Shown here: positions 1 through 10,400 of the stretch, one piece after another
Position numbering within the stretch: the stretch's first letter is position 1
How the letters are laid out: each line of letters starts with the position of its first letter
NCBI GenBank assembly: GCA_043809245.1
Contig: JAZDDZ010000047.1
Location: 1-64,000 of the forward strand
Direction of reading: 5' to 3'
Length of the DNA: 64,000 nucleotides
DNA from: Candidatus Iainarchaeum sp.
GTDB taxonomy: Archaea; Iainarchaeota; Iainarchaeia; Iainarchaeales; JAZDDZ01
The notes under the pieces: generated by a model
Database searches by the model: none
What the model saw: only the letters and a program-made list of their open reading frames with translations
What the model was told of the DNA's origin: nothing
Program-made: the position numbers and the translations under genes

Positions 1-1
1 C

Positions 2-133
2 AGAAAAATCATTGGCGGACTACGCCGCGAAACCGGCGCACGAACAATGGAAACAATCACTTCCATGTTCGCCACATGGAAACAACAAGGCAAACCCCTC
101 TACCCAACCCTCAAAAAAGCCATAAGCGGTTAG
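2..133 (+). mobile_element. C-terminal end of an IS66-like transposase (cut by window edge)
   Basis: Frame 2 reads RKIIGGLRRETGARTMETITSMFATWKQQGKPLYPTLKKAISG*, resembling the RKxxGGxRS..GA..Sxx(T) tail of IS66 transposases. Confidence 0.6.
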
Positions 134-262
134 CACTTACGGGTTAACTTTTCAGGGGTTAAATTAAACACGCCGCAGGGTTATATTTAAAGCGTTTTGC
201 ATTCCCTTTCTATTTGTGGGTTTCTGCAAAAAATTATTTTATTCTTTTAGGAGGTTGGGTCC

Positions 263-1360
263 ATGAAAGTAACTTTAAGTGTAATAAAAGCAGATGTGGG
301 AAGCATTGCCGGGCATGTCAAGCCAAGCGCTGCACTGATTGACGCAGTGAAGAAAACAGTCCACGGAAACAAAATGCTTATTGACAGCTATGTTTTTTCA
401 ACAGGAGACGACGTCGGAATTCTGATGACGCACGATAAAGGCGAGGGAAACGAGGAAATCCACAAGCTTGCCTGGAACGCGTTCATGGAAGGCACGAAAG
501 TTGCGAAAAAACAGGGGCTTTACGGAGCGGGCCAGGACCTGTTAAAGGATTCTTTTTCAGGGAACGTTAAGGGCATGGGGCCAGCGGTAGCTGAACTGGA
601 ATTCAATGAAAGGCCAAACGAGCCATTCGTTGTATTCGGCGCGGACAAAACAGACCCCGGCGCATACAGCCTTCCCCTCTATCTTTCATTCGCTGACCCA
701 ATGTTCAATTCAGGCCTGATTTTAAGCCCGAAGTCATCAAAGGGATACAAGTTCACTATAATGGATGTGGAGCACACTGAAGGCGACAAGGTAATTGAAT
801 TGAATACACCGGAAGACCTGTACAAGATTGCGTGCCTTTTGCGCGACCAGGAAAGATATGTTGTTGAAAAAATCCATTCAAGGAACACAGGAGAGCAGGC
901 AGTTGCAGTCAGCACGACAAGGCTTCACAATATAGCGGGAACTTACACTGGAAAAGACGATCCGATAATGCTTGCAAGGGTTCAGGGAGACTTTCCCGCT
1001 ACAGGCGAATTGTTGCACCCTTACTCAATCTGCCATTATGTTGCGGGGTTCATGCGCGGCTCGCACCACGGGCCTTTAATGCCGTGCAAAATCAATTCAA
1101 CTATTTCATACTTTGACGGGCCTCCAGTCGTAACAGCACACGGCTTCTGTGTCCACGACGGAAAACTGACGGAAGTGGCAGACCTATTTGACCACCCCTT
1201 CTGGGATTTGGTCAGGGAAAAGGCCTCAAGGAAATCAATGGAGTTAAGGGAACAGGGTTTCTTTGGGCCCGCAATGCTGCCAATGAGTGAGTTAGAGTAC
1301 GGCGGCATAGTGAATGCATTGAAAGAACTTGAGCCGAAATTCAAGGTAAGGAAGGAGTGA
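263..1360 (+). CDS. fbp: Bifunctional fructose-1,6-bisphosphate aldolase/phosphatase (class V FBPase)
   Basis: SVIKADVGS, GDD, LYGAGQDLLKDSFSGNVKGMGP, YTGKDDP, MRGSHHGP motifs; GGAGG upstream. Confidence 0.95.
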   Translation: MKVTLSVIKADVGSIAGHVKPSAALIDAVKKTVHGNKMLIDSYVFSTGDDVGILMTHDKGEGNEEIHKLAWNAFMEGTKVAKKQGLYGAGQDLLKDSFSGNVKGMGPAVAELEFNERPNEPFVVFGADKTDPGAYSLPLYLSFADPMFNSGLILSPKSSKGYKFTIMDVEHTEGDKVIELNTPEDLYKIACLLRDQERYVVEKIHSRNTGEQAVAVSTTRLHNIAGTYTGKDDPIMLARVQGDFPATGELLHPYSICHYVAGFMRGSHHGPLMPCKINSTISYFDGPPVVTAHGFCVHDGKLTEVADLFDHPFWDLVREKASRKSMELREQGFFGPAMLPMSELEYGGIVNALKELEPKFKVRKE

Positions 1361-1380
1361 GGCGCGGAAAAGTGCCTCTT

Positions 1381-1404
1381 TTTCGTTCTTTTAAAAGAAC
1401 GAAA
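1381..1404. promoter_or_regulatory. Perfect 24-bp palindrome, probable operator of the HTH-MNT/HEPN operon
   Basis: TTTCGTTCTTTT|AAAAGAACGAAA about 30 bp upstream of ATG 1437. Confidence 0.65.
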
Positions 1405-1436
1405 CGTTTTTAATAAAGAACGATTAATGTACTATT

Positions 1437-1994
1437 ATGGATGCGATTGACTTCCTTGACAAAGACTCCTTTCTGCTTATTGAAAAGCTTTTGGAGCGGA
1501 AGCATTACCTGCGCGAATTGGCTGAAGCCGCGGGGCTTTCGCCGAGCCATGTGCACAAAATTGTTTCAAGGCTTGAATCCGCAGGAATAGTTGCGGTTGA
1601 AAGGCAGAAGAACCGAAAAGTTTTTGCGTTAAACAATGAATCGCCTTTAACCCGAAGGCTTCTCTCCCTTTTGTGCGTGCACAAAATAACTTTTTCGCGC
1701 GCATACAAAAGGCTTGAAAAGATGAAGCCGAAGGGCATTTACTTGTTTGGCTCCGCGGCGAGCGGCGAAATACGTTCAGACAGCGACATTGATTTCGCTG
1801 TTTTCTTTGAGCGTAAAACTGACTCTTTGAAACTAAGCGAAATCAAAAGGGATTTAAGCAACGAGTTAAAAAAAGAAATACAGTTGATTGTTTTAACGCC
1901 TCAGAAAATCAGTTCAATGAAAAAGGAAAAAACAGAGTTGTTGCAGCAGATAAGGGACAAGGGAATTGTCCTGGATGGGGAAGCGCTTGAGTGA
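1437..1994 (+). CDS. HTH-fused minimal nucleotidyltransferase (MNT antitoxin)
   Basis: N-terminal HTH; YLFGSAASG...SDIDF Pol-beta motif. Confidence 0.85.
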   Translation: MDAIDFLDKDSFLLIEKLLERKHYLRELAEAAGLSPSHVHKIVSRLESAGIVAVERQKNRKVFALNNESPLTRRLLSLLCVHKITFSRAYKRLEKMKPKGIYLFGSAASGEIRSDSDIDFAVFFERKTDSLKLSEIKRDLSNELKKEIQLIVLTPQKISSMKKEKTELLQQIRDKGIVLDGEALE

Positions 1995-2427
1995 AGTGGA
2001 TGATTGCTTTGAGAAAGGGCTTCTTAAAAAAACCGGCAAAAGCAGGAAGCTAGCGCTTGATGACTTGAAGCAGGCGGAATTTTTTTTGAACGAAGCATTT
2101 GACTTATTAAATATTAAAAAGAAAGAAATGGCTTCCATTGCATTGTATAATGCGGTTTTTCATGCCGCGAGATCGCTTCTTTTCCTTGACGGCGTGAAAG
2201 AGAAAAGCCATTACTGCCTGCAGAAATACATTGAAGAAAAATACGGAAAAAAAGGCTTGCTTGAATCAAAGGACTTATCGCTGTTCGATTTGCTGAGAGG
2301 AATAAGGCAGGAAGTTCAATACAATGCCACAAAAATTGAAGTTGAAGAGAATTTAAGCGAATTATACGACCAATCCGAGAAATTCATTGAAAAAATTTCA
2401 AAAATTGTTAAGGCGGCAAAGGCATGA
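1966..2427 (+). CDS. HEPN domain protein (partner of MNT); true start probably TTG 1987
   Basis: YNAVFHAARSLL...EKSH and RQEVQY motifs; overlaps MNT stop. Confidence 0.85.
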   Translation: MSWMGKRLSEVDDCFEKGLLKKTGKSRKLALDDLKQAEFFLNEAFDLLNIKKKEMASIALYNAVFHAARSLLFLDGVKEKSHYCLQKYIEEKYGKKGLLESKDLSLFDLLRGIRQEVQYNATKIEVEENLSELYDQSEKFIEKISKIVKAAKA

Positions 2428-3053
2428 GGCTCTTCCTTTTGCGCCACGGCCAGACACAGGCAAACCTCGCCAACCGCTTCTCGGGAAGGCATCATTCCCC
2501 GCTTACAAAGAAAGGCGTGCAGCAGATGAAGGGCGTGCGCGGCTGGTTCTCTGAAAACAAAATTCAGGTAAACGCTTTTTACTGCAGCCCGCTGAAAAGG
2601 GCAAAGCAAAGCGCGCTGATTGTAAATGAAGCACTGCATAAGCCCCTGATTGTTGACGACCGCCTTGCGGAAATTGATTTCGGAAAAGCCGAGGGAATGA
2701 CCAAAAGGGAAATTGGCCAAATGTTTCCGGGAATGCTTGAGGAAAGGTCAAAGCGCAGGTTTTTTTTCCAAATGGAGAAAGGCGAAAGCTATGCGCTCGG
2801 GCAAAAACGCGTTATTCCGTTTTTAGAGGAATTAAAAGAAAAGCGCGGAAAGGATTCGGTTGCGGTTTTGGCGCACGAATGCCTGAACCGAACAATCATA
2901 GGCTATTTTTTCAATTTGACGCCGGAAGAAACCTTGGCTGTGGCTTTCCCGAATAACTGCATTCTTGAAATAGACCTGTCCAAAAAAACAAGCAAATGGG
3001 TTCTCGCTGGAGAAAAAAAGAAAGGGAAAGGGTGGGTGAAGGAAAAAAATTAG
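2424..3053 (+). CDS. Histidine phosphatase (phosphoglycerate mutase family)
   Basis: LLRHGQT, SPLKRA, EIDFG, AH motifs. Confidence 0.9.
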   Translation: MRLFLLRHGQTQANLANRFSGRHHSPLTKKGVQQMKGVRGWFSENKIQVNAFYCSPLKRAKQSALIVNEALHKPLIVDDRLAEIDFGKAEGMTKREIGQMFPGMLEERSKRRFFFQMEKGESYALGQKRVIPFLEELKEKRGKDSVAVLAHECLNRTIIGYFFNLTPEETLAVAFPNNCILEIDLSKKTSKWVLAGEKKKGKGWVKEKN

Positions 3054-3110
3054 CCTGTTTGAGATATACGTATATAAATGTTTTGTAAGTATATTATTTT
3101 GTGATGTTAT

Positions 3111-3365
3111 ATGGGTAATTTGACTGTTTCGCTGGAGAAAGGCGTTGAAATGCAGATTCGTTTAATTGCCAGGGAAAAGTATGGCGGAAGAAAAGGCTCC
3201 ATTGGTAAGGTTATTGAAGAAGCCGTTGAAAAACTCGCAGAGGATTCAAAAAGAGAGAAGGCTAGGCAAAGGCTAAGCAAACTAATGGATAGGGGCTTTG
3301 ACATGGGCAAAATTACTGTTAAATCAAGGGACGAAATATATGACAGGTTTGACAGAAGAAAATGA
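3111..3365 (+). CDS. Probable antitoxin (ribbon-helix-helix-like)
   Basis: Small protein overlapping a PIN gene; ends SRDEIYDR. Confidence 0.65.
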   Translation: MGNLTVSLEKGVEMQIRLIAREKYGGRKGSIGKVIEEAVEKLAEDSKREKARQRLSKLMDRGFDMGKITVKSRDEIYDRFDRRK

Positions 3366-3780
3366 GCTTGTTCTTATTGATTCGAATGTATTGGTCTATG
3401 CTTTTGATTCAAGCGAGCAAAAAAAGCACAAAATTGCAAAAGAAATTCTGGATGCGCTTTCGGCAAGCGGCAAAGGCGTCTTAAGCATTCAGAACTTGGC
3501 GGAATTTTATTCGCTTGTCACAAAAAAAATTGAACGCCCCCTAGAACAGTATCTGGCGAAAGACATTGTTGAAAACATGTGCAACAGCTTCAAGGTTCTG
3601 CATTACGACGAGAAAACAATAATCAATGCAATTGAAACAAGCACTGCATTCAACACCAGCTTTTGGGACGCGTTGCTTGCAGCCACAATGAAGGAAAACT
3701 ACATTGAAAAAATTTTCACTGAAGACGAAAAGGACTTCAGGAAAATGCCGTGGCTGGAAGTGGAGAATCCGTTTAAATAA
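3340..3780 (+). CDS. PIN domain toxin (VapC-like)
   Basis: LIDSNVLVYA, QNLAEF, SFWDALL, TEDEKDF. Confidence 0.85.
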   Translation: MTGLTEENELVLIDSNVLVYAFDSSEQKKHKIAKEILDALSASGKGVLSIQNLAEFYSLVTKKIERPLEQYLAKDIVENMCNSFKVLHYDEKTIINAIETSTAFNTSFWDALLAATMKENYIEKIFTEDEKDFRKMPWLEVENPFK

Positions 3781-3848
3781 ATCAGGCATATATTTTTGAC
3801 CAGCCGCAACCCCAGCAAATTAATAATGCTTATTAAAGATTTGTTAGT

Positions 3849-4565
3849 TTGTTATTAAGAGTAAGCCATAGTTTAGTGGTGGGAAAATTGAAAGTTAAGC
3901 CATTAGTTTTTGCTTTATTAATTGTATTACTATTTTTAGCGGGCTGTACATCTGAAACTAACACAAACGATAGCCAAAATGCGAACGCTAATACAGCAAC
4001 ACCTGCGGCAAAAAATGTGGCAACAACTGATGAATTAATACCCTCTGAAACAAGCCCAATAACAAATAATGCTGAGGTTGGCTTTAGAGGAGATATTTCA
4101 GATTTGCTTCCTACACGAGAAGAGGTTAATTCCGAATATAAAAAGGAAGCACAGGAAAATGAAAGTTATAATATTGAAGGCTTTTTCCCGAACTATCAAT
4201 CACAGGGGCTTAAAACTACGGGATTTGTGGAAGGGGCCGTGAATGATTGGTATATCTCTGAAGGAAGCACTATTACGGATGGCTATATCTACCTCTTAAA
4301 GTTTGACAGCGTGCAAAATACAAAAACTTTTTTTGACAATCTTGTTTTAATGATTAAAAATGAAGGCGGCTACAAGGAGAAAAAAATATTTTCTATTGAT
4401 GCCGAGTGCTTTGGTTTAGAAGGCGGCGATTTTTACGCAGGATACTATGTTGATTATTATTGCATCAAGAAAAATGTATTATTTAACACCGAAGTAATTA
4501 CGTGGAAGAAATCACGTTTTGGTGATGCGGAGACTTGGGCCAAGAGCATAGCAAAAAAAATTTAA
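3849..4565 (+). CDS. Putative lipoprotein
   Basis: Hydrophobic leader ending LAGC; Asn/Thr-rich linker. Confidence 0.65.
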   Translation: MLLRVSHSLVVGKLKVKPLVFALLIVLLFLAGCTSETNTNDSQNANANTATPAAKNVATTDELIPSETSPITNNAEVGFRGDISDLLPTREEVNSEYKKEAQENESYNIEGFFPNYQSQGLKTTGFVEGAVNDWYISEGSTITDGYIYLLKFDSVQNTKTFFDNLVLMIKNEGGYKEKKIFSIDAECFGLEGGDFYAGYYVDYYCIKKNVLFNTEVITWKKSRFGDAETWAKSIAKKI

Positions 4566-4838
4566 GTGGTTTTAATGAAGCCCGTAATTGAGATAAAATG
4601 CACCTGCAAAGAATGCGGTAAGATATGGCATTATTTACAAAGTGAAGAAGAATCAATGAAAAAACAAGCGGGACTGAATAGTCTTGTCGCGTTAGGCAAT
4701 TTATTTAACCCGACTTCTGCGTATTATTCAAATAAATCAATTGATACTCAAAGGAAGGTAACTGAAAAATTTTACCGATGCCCCTCCTGTAATTCTGCTA
4801 ATATTACAAAAGAAAAGCACGAAATTGAGGCACAATAA
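4566..4838 (+). CDS. Zinc-ribbon-like protein
   Basis: CKEC and CPSC pairs. Confidence 0.6.
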   Translation: MVLMKPVIEIKCTCKECGKIWHYLQSEEESMKKQAGLNSLVALGNLFNPTSAYYSNKSIDTQRKVTEKFYRCPSCNSANITKEKHEIEAQ

Positions 4839-4871
4839 GATTGTGAAAAAATGAAAGAAAAGGGGAAAAAC

Positions 4872-5768
4872 TTACCCCTTTATCTTCCCAAGCGCAGCCA
4901 GTTCTTTCCTTAACCGCTCGACTGTTTCCGGTTTAACGTCAACCAATGGAAGCCTTACAGGCCCTGCTGGAATTCCCATCAGTTTCAGCGCGGCTTTTGC
5001 CGGCGCGGGATTGGTTTCAGCGAACAAGGCATTTATTACTGGAAGCAGGCGGTAATGGATTTCCCTTGCCTTCACCCAGTTGTTTTCCTGTGCGGCTTTA
5101 AACATTTCAACCTCTTCCCTCATTATCACGTTGGAGACAGCGCAAATTGCCCCGTGGCCGCCCAAAGCAAGGTTAATGTAATTCAGGGCGTCTTCGCCGC
5201 TTAACACAAGGAAGTCCTTGGTTTGGCGCAATATCTCCATTGTGTGCGAAATGTTTGCCGCAGCGTCTTTCACTCCGACAATTGTGTCAACTTCTTTCGC
5301 TAATTTCACTAAAGTGGCTGTCGCGATTTCCCTGCTTGTCCTGCCGGGAATGTCATAGAGAATCAATGGCACGTCAACCGCTTGTGCAACTGACTTGAAA
5401 TGTGAAATGAGGCCGTCTTGTGTGGGCTTGTTGTAGTAAGGCGTAACAACAAGGCAGGCGTCAACGCCAATGTCAAGCGCTTTTTTTGTTTTTTCAATGG
5501 TTTTTGCAGTGGAATTCGTGCCAGTGCCGGCAATAACTGGAACTTTTCCGTTTGCTTTGTCAACTGAAATGCTTATGACTTTCTCCCATTCCTCTTCGCT
5601 TAAGGTAGGGCTTTCGCCTGTTGTGCCGCAGGGCACCAAACCCATTGCGCCTTCGCCTAAAACAAAGTCAATGAGCTTCTTCAGGCCTTCCTCATCCAAT
5701 GAATGGTCTTTCTTGAAAGGCGTGACCATGGGACAGTGGATTCCGGAAAATTTTTTCACAAAACTCAT
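4872..5768 (-). CDS. dapA: 4-hydroxy-tetrahydrodipicolinate synthase
   Basis: GTTGESPTL, PYYNKP, YDIPGRT, GVKDA. Confidence 0.93.
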   Translation of the reverse strand: MSFVKKFSGIHCPMVTPFKKDHSLDEEGLKKLIDFVLGEGAMGLVPCGTTGESPTLSEEEWEKVISISVDKANGKVPVIAGTGTNSTAKTIEKTKKALDIGVDACLVVTPYYNKPTQDGLISHFKSVAQAVDVPLILYDIPGRTSREIATATLVKLAKEVDTIVGVKDAAANISHTMEILRQTKDFLVLSGEDALNYINLALGGHGAICAVSNVIMREEVEMFKAAQENNWVKAREIHYRLLPVINALFAETNPAPAKAALKLMGIPAGPVRLPLVDVKPETVERLRKELAALGKIKG

Positions 5769-5826
5769 TTTCTTGCCTCCTGAAGAAGTTTCAACTTAAA
5801 AATTAGCCCGCGAATGGCTTAAAAAG

Positions 5827-6483
5827 TTAAAGTTTTTTCAAAGATTCAACCGCGCGGTTTAAATTCGCGTTTTTTAGGATATAAGAGCCTGAAATCAGAA
5901 CATCAGCGCCGGCATTAACAGCCAAAGCGCCTGTTTCCGCGTTAATGCCTCCGTCAACCGCGAGGCCACAGGAAATGCTTTCAGCGTCTATTTTTTTGCG
6001 CAGAATCCCAATTTTTTTTAGCGCGGAAGGCATGAATTTTTGCCCGCCAAAGCCAGCTTCCACTGACATCACCAGAAGAAAATCAATTTCCTGCAGGAAA
6101 GGCAGGGCTTTTTTTTCAGAAACCCTTGCGTTCAGGCAGATGCCTGCTTTCACTCCAAAATCGTGTATGGATTTTATTGTTTTCTTAGGGTTTTTTGAAG
6201 TTTCTAAGTGGAACACAATCAAATCAGAACCTGCCTCGGCAAAATCCTTTACATATGCATCTGGTTTTGAAATCATCAAATGCGAGTCAAAGAAAAGCTT
6301 GGAGCTGGCGCGAAGGGATTTGATGAGGGGCGCACCGTAAGTGATGTTGGGAACATAATTGCCGTCCATTACGTCAAAGTGCAATGCGTCAACTTTTGCG
6401 CATTCAAGCGCGTTCACTGTTTCACCCAAACAAGCGTAATCCATTGAAAGCATTGAAGCGAAAACCCTTGCCATTAAAACCAT
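5827..6483 (-). CDS. rpe: Ribulose-phosphate 3-epimerase
   Basis: HFDVMDG, DSHLM, MSVEAGFGGQ, VDGGI. Confidence 0.93.
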   Translation of the reverse strand: MVLMARVFASMLSMDYACLGETVNALECAKVDALHFDVMDGNYVPNITYGAPLIKSLRASSKLFFDSHLMISKPDAYVKDFAEAGSDLIVFHLETSKNPKKTIKSIHDFGVKAGICLNARVSEKKALPFLQEIDFLLVMSVEAGFGGQKFMPSALKKIGILRKKIDAESISCGLAVDGGINAETGALAVNAGADVLISGSYILKNANLNRAVESLKKL

Positions 6484-6550
6484 CCCTGCAAAAATTTTTG
6501 TAAGCGAAAGAATTTAATAAACCTCTTCCCTTCATTTTTCAGGCGATTGG

Positions 6551-7081
6551 ATGGAGCTTGTGGCTGAGAAGGGAAAAAGCGTTGCTGTTAGCGCAAAGGA
6601 AAAGAAATTCATTTCTGCAGGGCTTGCGATAGCGGAAGAGCTTGAGTCAAGGGCAATTTCATTTTATGGAAAGGCATCCAAAAAAAAGGGAGTGAGGCCT
6701 GACCTCAAAGACCTCTTTTCCCTGCTCATTCAGGAGGAAAAAAACCATTTGAAGGTAATTAAGGCACTTGAAAAAATAATGAAAAAACAGGGGGCATTTG
6801 AGCGCACGAAAGTGAAAGGCAAAACGCCTGCGAAAAAAATTTTCCGCAAAGGAAAGGATTTCTCGCGCGCGCTTAGCTCAGGGGAAATCTCAATGGGCTT
6901 ATGGGCATTGGAAGCTGAAAGGCTTTCAAGGCAGTTCTATGAATCAATGGCGAAAAAAAGCAAAACCCCCGCAGCGAAAGGCTTTTTCTCGCAGTTAGCC
7001 GCATTTGAAAAAAGGCACTACAAAATGATTGACGACGCATTAGAGCAGATAGCGGGAACCGAAGGATTATTTTCCACTTAA
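6551..7081 (+). CDS. Rubrerythrin/ferritin-like di-iron protein
   Basis: Two E..FY...ExxH motifs (EEKNH, FEKRH). Confidence 0.75.
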   Translation: MELVAEKGKSVAVSAKEKKFISAGLAIAEELESRAISFYGKASKKKGVRPDLKDLFSLLIQEEKNHLKVIKALEKIMKKQGAFERTKVKGKTPAKKIFRKGKDFSRALSSGEISMGLWALEAERLSRQFYESMAKKSKTPAAKGFFSQLAAFEKRHYKMIDDALEQIAGTEGLFST

Positions 7082-8319
7082 GCCGTTTCCTTGGGTTTGC
7101 TTACATGCGTTAAGAAAATTTCCTTAAAGCCCGTCAATGCACGCGTTACTTCTTTCCTGTAAACAAGTATTTGAATTAAAGCCAAGCCAAGATAAACCAG
7201 GACTATTGCAGGCCTGGCTGGAACCCAGATGAATTGCACGAGCCATAAAACGAAAAGGCTCAATGCTTCAATCCAGGTGAACCGCAGCTTTAACAGGAGA
7301 ATTGAAGCGTAAAAAGATGTTGCAATCGTCAAGAGAAGCTCTGTTGAAACAGTGAAACCCATTCCGGCAATAGGCGTGTTTAACGGAATTGATGAAATTG
7401 CGCCGGAACTCACGGAGAAAACAATTGGAATCATTGCCATTAAAAGCGTCCACTGCGTTAACTTGCTTGAAATTAAGTTCATTAAAGCCATCGGCGCCTT
7501 GTCTATCTTGCTCGCCCAATAGAAAGCGGATGTTTTTTCGGGGAACTCTGAGAGAAAAGGCGCAACCCATTGGATGAAAAGAAAAGTGGAAATCCCGAAA
7601 GACGTTGAAAGCAGCAATGCCTCGTTGTAAAACGGGTCTGCAACGAAAAAAATTATTGCACCGCCCAAAAGGAACATTAATGCAATGACTGGCTTAATGT
7701 ATTTTTCCTTTAGGCTCACTACTTTCTTGGATATGCCCATCAGCATTTCACCGCTTTTCTGCCTTGAAAGGTGGGGCAGCCTTGAAACAAAGAAAAGATA
7801 GCAAACGTAAAGCGCAGCCATTACAACGCTGTCGTAAACCGTTAAAGAGTCACGGAAAAAAATCACAACAGAGTAAAGCGTTGCCGCGAGAAAAAAAACA
7901 ACTTCAGCGCTGTGCTCTTTTCCAAGCAAAATTTCTTTGGGAAATTTTCCGTTTTTTCTCCTTGAAAAAAAAGCGGTTGTAAAGAACACCAATGGCCAGC
8001 CCACGCCCGTAAGAATTCTGTTTGCGCCAGTGAAATTTGAGAGCATGTTTGGAATGTCGCGCGCCCAGGCAATTGTTGCCTCAATCATGAATTCCGGAAA
8101 AACCTGCAGCCAAGCCACAATAGCCAAGGCAAGCCCTTCGGAGATGATTATTTCAGAGGACTCCGCTGCCCAGGCAATCAGCAAAGCGCCGAAAATGATT
8201 AAAACCGAGTAAATTGCGATTGAAACAAGGCTTTTCTCAAACACGCCGAGCAAAAGGATTGCGCCGAGAAAAAAAAGCGTCTGAATCACGTGTTTTCTAA
8301 GGGTATCCATTAGAGCCAC
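7078..8319 (-). CDS. Sodium/calcium exchanger family membrane protein
   Basis: Multi-TM with two PE alpha-repeats (VFPEF..NFTGANR; SEFPEK..NLISSK). Confidence 0.8.
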   Translation of the reverse strand: MALMDTLRKHVIQTLFFLGAILLLGVFEKSLVSIAIYSVLIIFGALLIAWAAESSEIIISEGLALAIVAWLQVFPEFMIEATIAWARDIPNMLSNFTGANRILTGVGWPLVFFTTAFFSRRKNGKFPKEILLGKEHSAEVVFFLAATLYSVVIFFRDSLTVYDSVVMAALYVCYLFFVSRLPHLSRQKSGEMLMGISKKVVSLKEKYIKPVIALMFLLGGAIIFFVADPFYNEALLLSTSFGISTFLFIQWVAPFLSEFPEKTSAFYWASKIDKAPMALMNLISSKLTQWTLLMAMIPIVFSVSSGAISSIPLNTPIAGMGFTVSTELLLTIATSFYASILLLKLRFTWIEALSLFVLWLVQFIWVPARPAIVLVYLGLALIQILVYRKEVTRALTGFKEIFLTHVSKPKETA

Positions 8320-8400
8320 CAGTAAAGCAAATTAACACAATAAATAGGCTCAAAGAAGTATTTATGCCTTGCGAAAGGAAGCTAAAAAATATAAACCTGA

Positions 8401-9777
8401 ATGCACTATACTTATAGGATGAAAAAACTATTCCTGTTAATTGCATTCATTGCACTTGCAATTGTGTTAAGCGGCTGCACTTCAGAGGTCAAATGCGGCG
8501 ACGGCGTATGCCATACACTGTATGAAAACCACGAAAACTGCCCGCAGGACTGCGAAGCCAAGACAGTGGGCTGCGTGGGCGCAGACTGCCCGGGAATCTT
8601 GCCAGTTGAATGCATTTCAGGCGCTGACTGCAACGACAACAATTCAGCGACAGAAGACAGCTGCCTGGGAACACCGAAAAAATGCTCGCATGCATTGATT
8701 GCCTCTTGCAAAAACAATGACGATTACTGCCCTGCGGCATGCACTGCTGCGAATGACTCTGATTGCCCTGTGCTCCTGCCAGACGAATGCAATTCAAACG
8801 CTGAATGCAGCGACGGGGATATTCTGACTGCGGATTCCTGCACCGGCACTCCAAAAAAATGCGTGCACGAACAGCTTAAGAAATGCGGGGAAACCGGAGG
8901 GGAAATCTGCCACGGAACACAGGCATGCCCCCAAGGCGTTGTGAAAGCGCTTGACACAGAGTACTGCTGCCCGGTTAAATGCATTGAGCCAACTTCGTGT
9001 GAGGGAATCACTTGCCCTGAAAATCAGAGGTGCTTGAACGGAAAATGCGTTCTTAAAACCTGCACGCAGTTAGGCGGACAGCCATGCAATTCAAGGGAAG
9101 TATGCCCAGGCAACTTAATAGTTTCATATGATTCAGCCAAATGCTGCGCAACTGTTTGCGCTGCAACAACAAGCTGTGAAGGCTTGGTGTGCCCTTCAAA
9201 CCAGAAATGTGCTTCAGGGAACTGCGTGCTTAAAACCTGCGCTGAACAGTCAGGCATAACCTGTGAAACAAATAAATTCTGCGACGGCTCTGATTCCGGC
9301 TCACCCCTAATAGTTCTAACAAAATTCCATGACTCTCTTGAAAAGACAACTTCGTTCAGGGATTATTTGCAGGCATCTAATTCCAGCGCGTGCTGCAGCA
9401 CGGGAAGCAACTACAAATGCGCAAGCGGAGACGTTTATTTTTCCACGCCGGCAACAGTGGAGCTGTCAGACACAAAGTTTTATCTGAAACTAGTATCGCA
9501 TAACAGTTTTGCTGCAGGAACAGAGCATAAAGCGGTTGAACAGCTTGAGTACTCAGCCATAATTGACGGGTGGTTCAGTGTTTCAGGCATTGCGGAAAAC
9601 CAGTCTGGCGGAAGGGCAATCGCTTACGGTGATTCAACCGCAAGAATCTTCATCTGCGACGGCTGCTTTGACACGCTTGCAGGAAAAAGCTTTTCCCTGA
9701 CGATAGACCCAGATAATAGGCTGAAGGAAACGAATGAATCAAACAATTCACTGGAAGGCACGGTTCCAACGCAGTGA
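8401..9777 (+). CDS. Cys-rich lipoprotein with C-terminal CARDB-like domain
   Basis: LSGC lipobox; CGDGVC..CPQDC and CxDxxxxTxDSC repeats; IDPDNRLKETNESNN. Confidence 0.75.
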   Translation: MHYTYRMKKLFLLIAFIALAIVLSGCTSEVKCGDGVCHTLYENHENCPQDCEAKTVGCVGADCPGILPVECISGADCNDNNSATEDSCLGTPKKCSHALIASCKNNDDYCPAACTAANDSDCPVLLPDECNSNAECSDGDILTADSCTGTPKKCVHEQLKKCGETGGEICHGTQACPQGVVKALDTEYCCPVKCIEPTSCEGITCPENQRCLNGKCVLKTCTQLGGQPCNSREVCPGNLIVSYDSAKCCATVCAATTSCEGLVCPSNQKCASGNCVLKTCAEQSGITCETNKFCDGSDSGSPLIVLTKFHDSLEKTTSFRDYLQASNSSACCSTGSNYKCASGDVYFSTPATVELSDTKFYLKLVSHNSFAAGTEHKAVEQLEYSAIIDGWFSVSGIAENQSGGRAIAYGDSTARIFICDGCFDTLAGKSFSLTIDPDNRLKETNESNNSLEGTVPTQ

Positions 9778-9846
9778 AAAGCCACCTCGAGCATTGACGA
9801 TTGTTTTATTAAGTATGAAATTCATACTATTATTAGGAGGGGTTGC

Positions 9847-10104
9847 ATGAGCGAGATTGCTGTTACAACTGTTTCGGAAAGGGGCCAGGTCGTTATACCC
9901 AAGGAGATACGGAAAGAGCTCGGCTTTGGGAAAAATTCCGGCGTTGCCATGAAAACTTTTAACGGAAAACTTGTTTTGATGAAAATAAAGCTTTCTGACA
10001 AGGATTTTGAGCTGAAGGAATCCTTTGTGAAGAAAATGAAGAAACGCGAAAAAATGAAGGGTTTTTTTGTAGACAGTTTTGCGAAAAGATACGGGTTGGA
10101 GTGA
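9847..10104 (+). CDS. AbrB/MazE-type antitoxin
   Basis: VSERGQVVIPKEIRKELG. Confidence 0.85.
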   Translation: MSEIAVTTVSERGQVVIPKEIRKELGFGKNSGVAMKTFNGKLVLMKIKLSDKDFELKESFVKKMKKREKMKGFFVDSFAKRYGLE

Positions 10105-10371
10105 ATGTACCGCCTTATTGTGCTGCCTGTTGTTGACCGTATATTCAAAAGGCTGGCTAAAAAAGACAAAATTCAGCTAATTGCAGTTAACAATAAAATA
10201 AAGCAGTTGCAAGAAAATCCGCTAATCGGAAAACCATTGCACTTCCCACTGCAAAACATGAGAAGGGTTCATGTAATGAAATCGTTTGTTTTGATTTACG
10301 ACATTCAGGAAAAGGATAAAACTATTACAATGCGCGACTACGACCACCACGACAACATTTACAGAAAATGA
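10105..10371 (+). CDS. RelE/ParE family toxin
   Basis: NPLIGKPL..RRVHV..FVLIY..HHDNIY; abuts AbrB gene. Confidence 0.8.
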   Translation: MYRLIVLPVVDRIFKRLAKKDKIQLIAVNNKIKQLQENPLIGKPLHFPLQNMRRVHVMKSFVLIYDIQEKDKTITMRDYDHHDNIYRK

Positions 10372-10400
10372 ATTGGCGCAGATCATTCCCCGACAGAATT

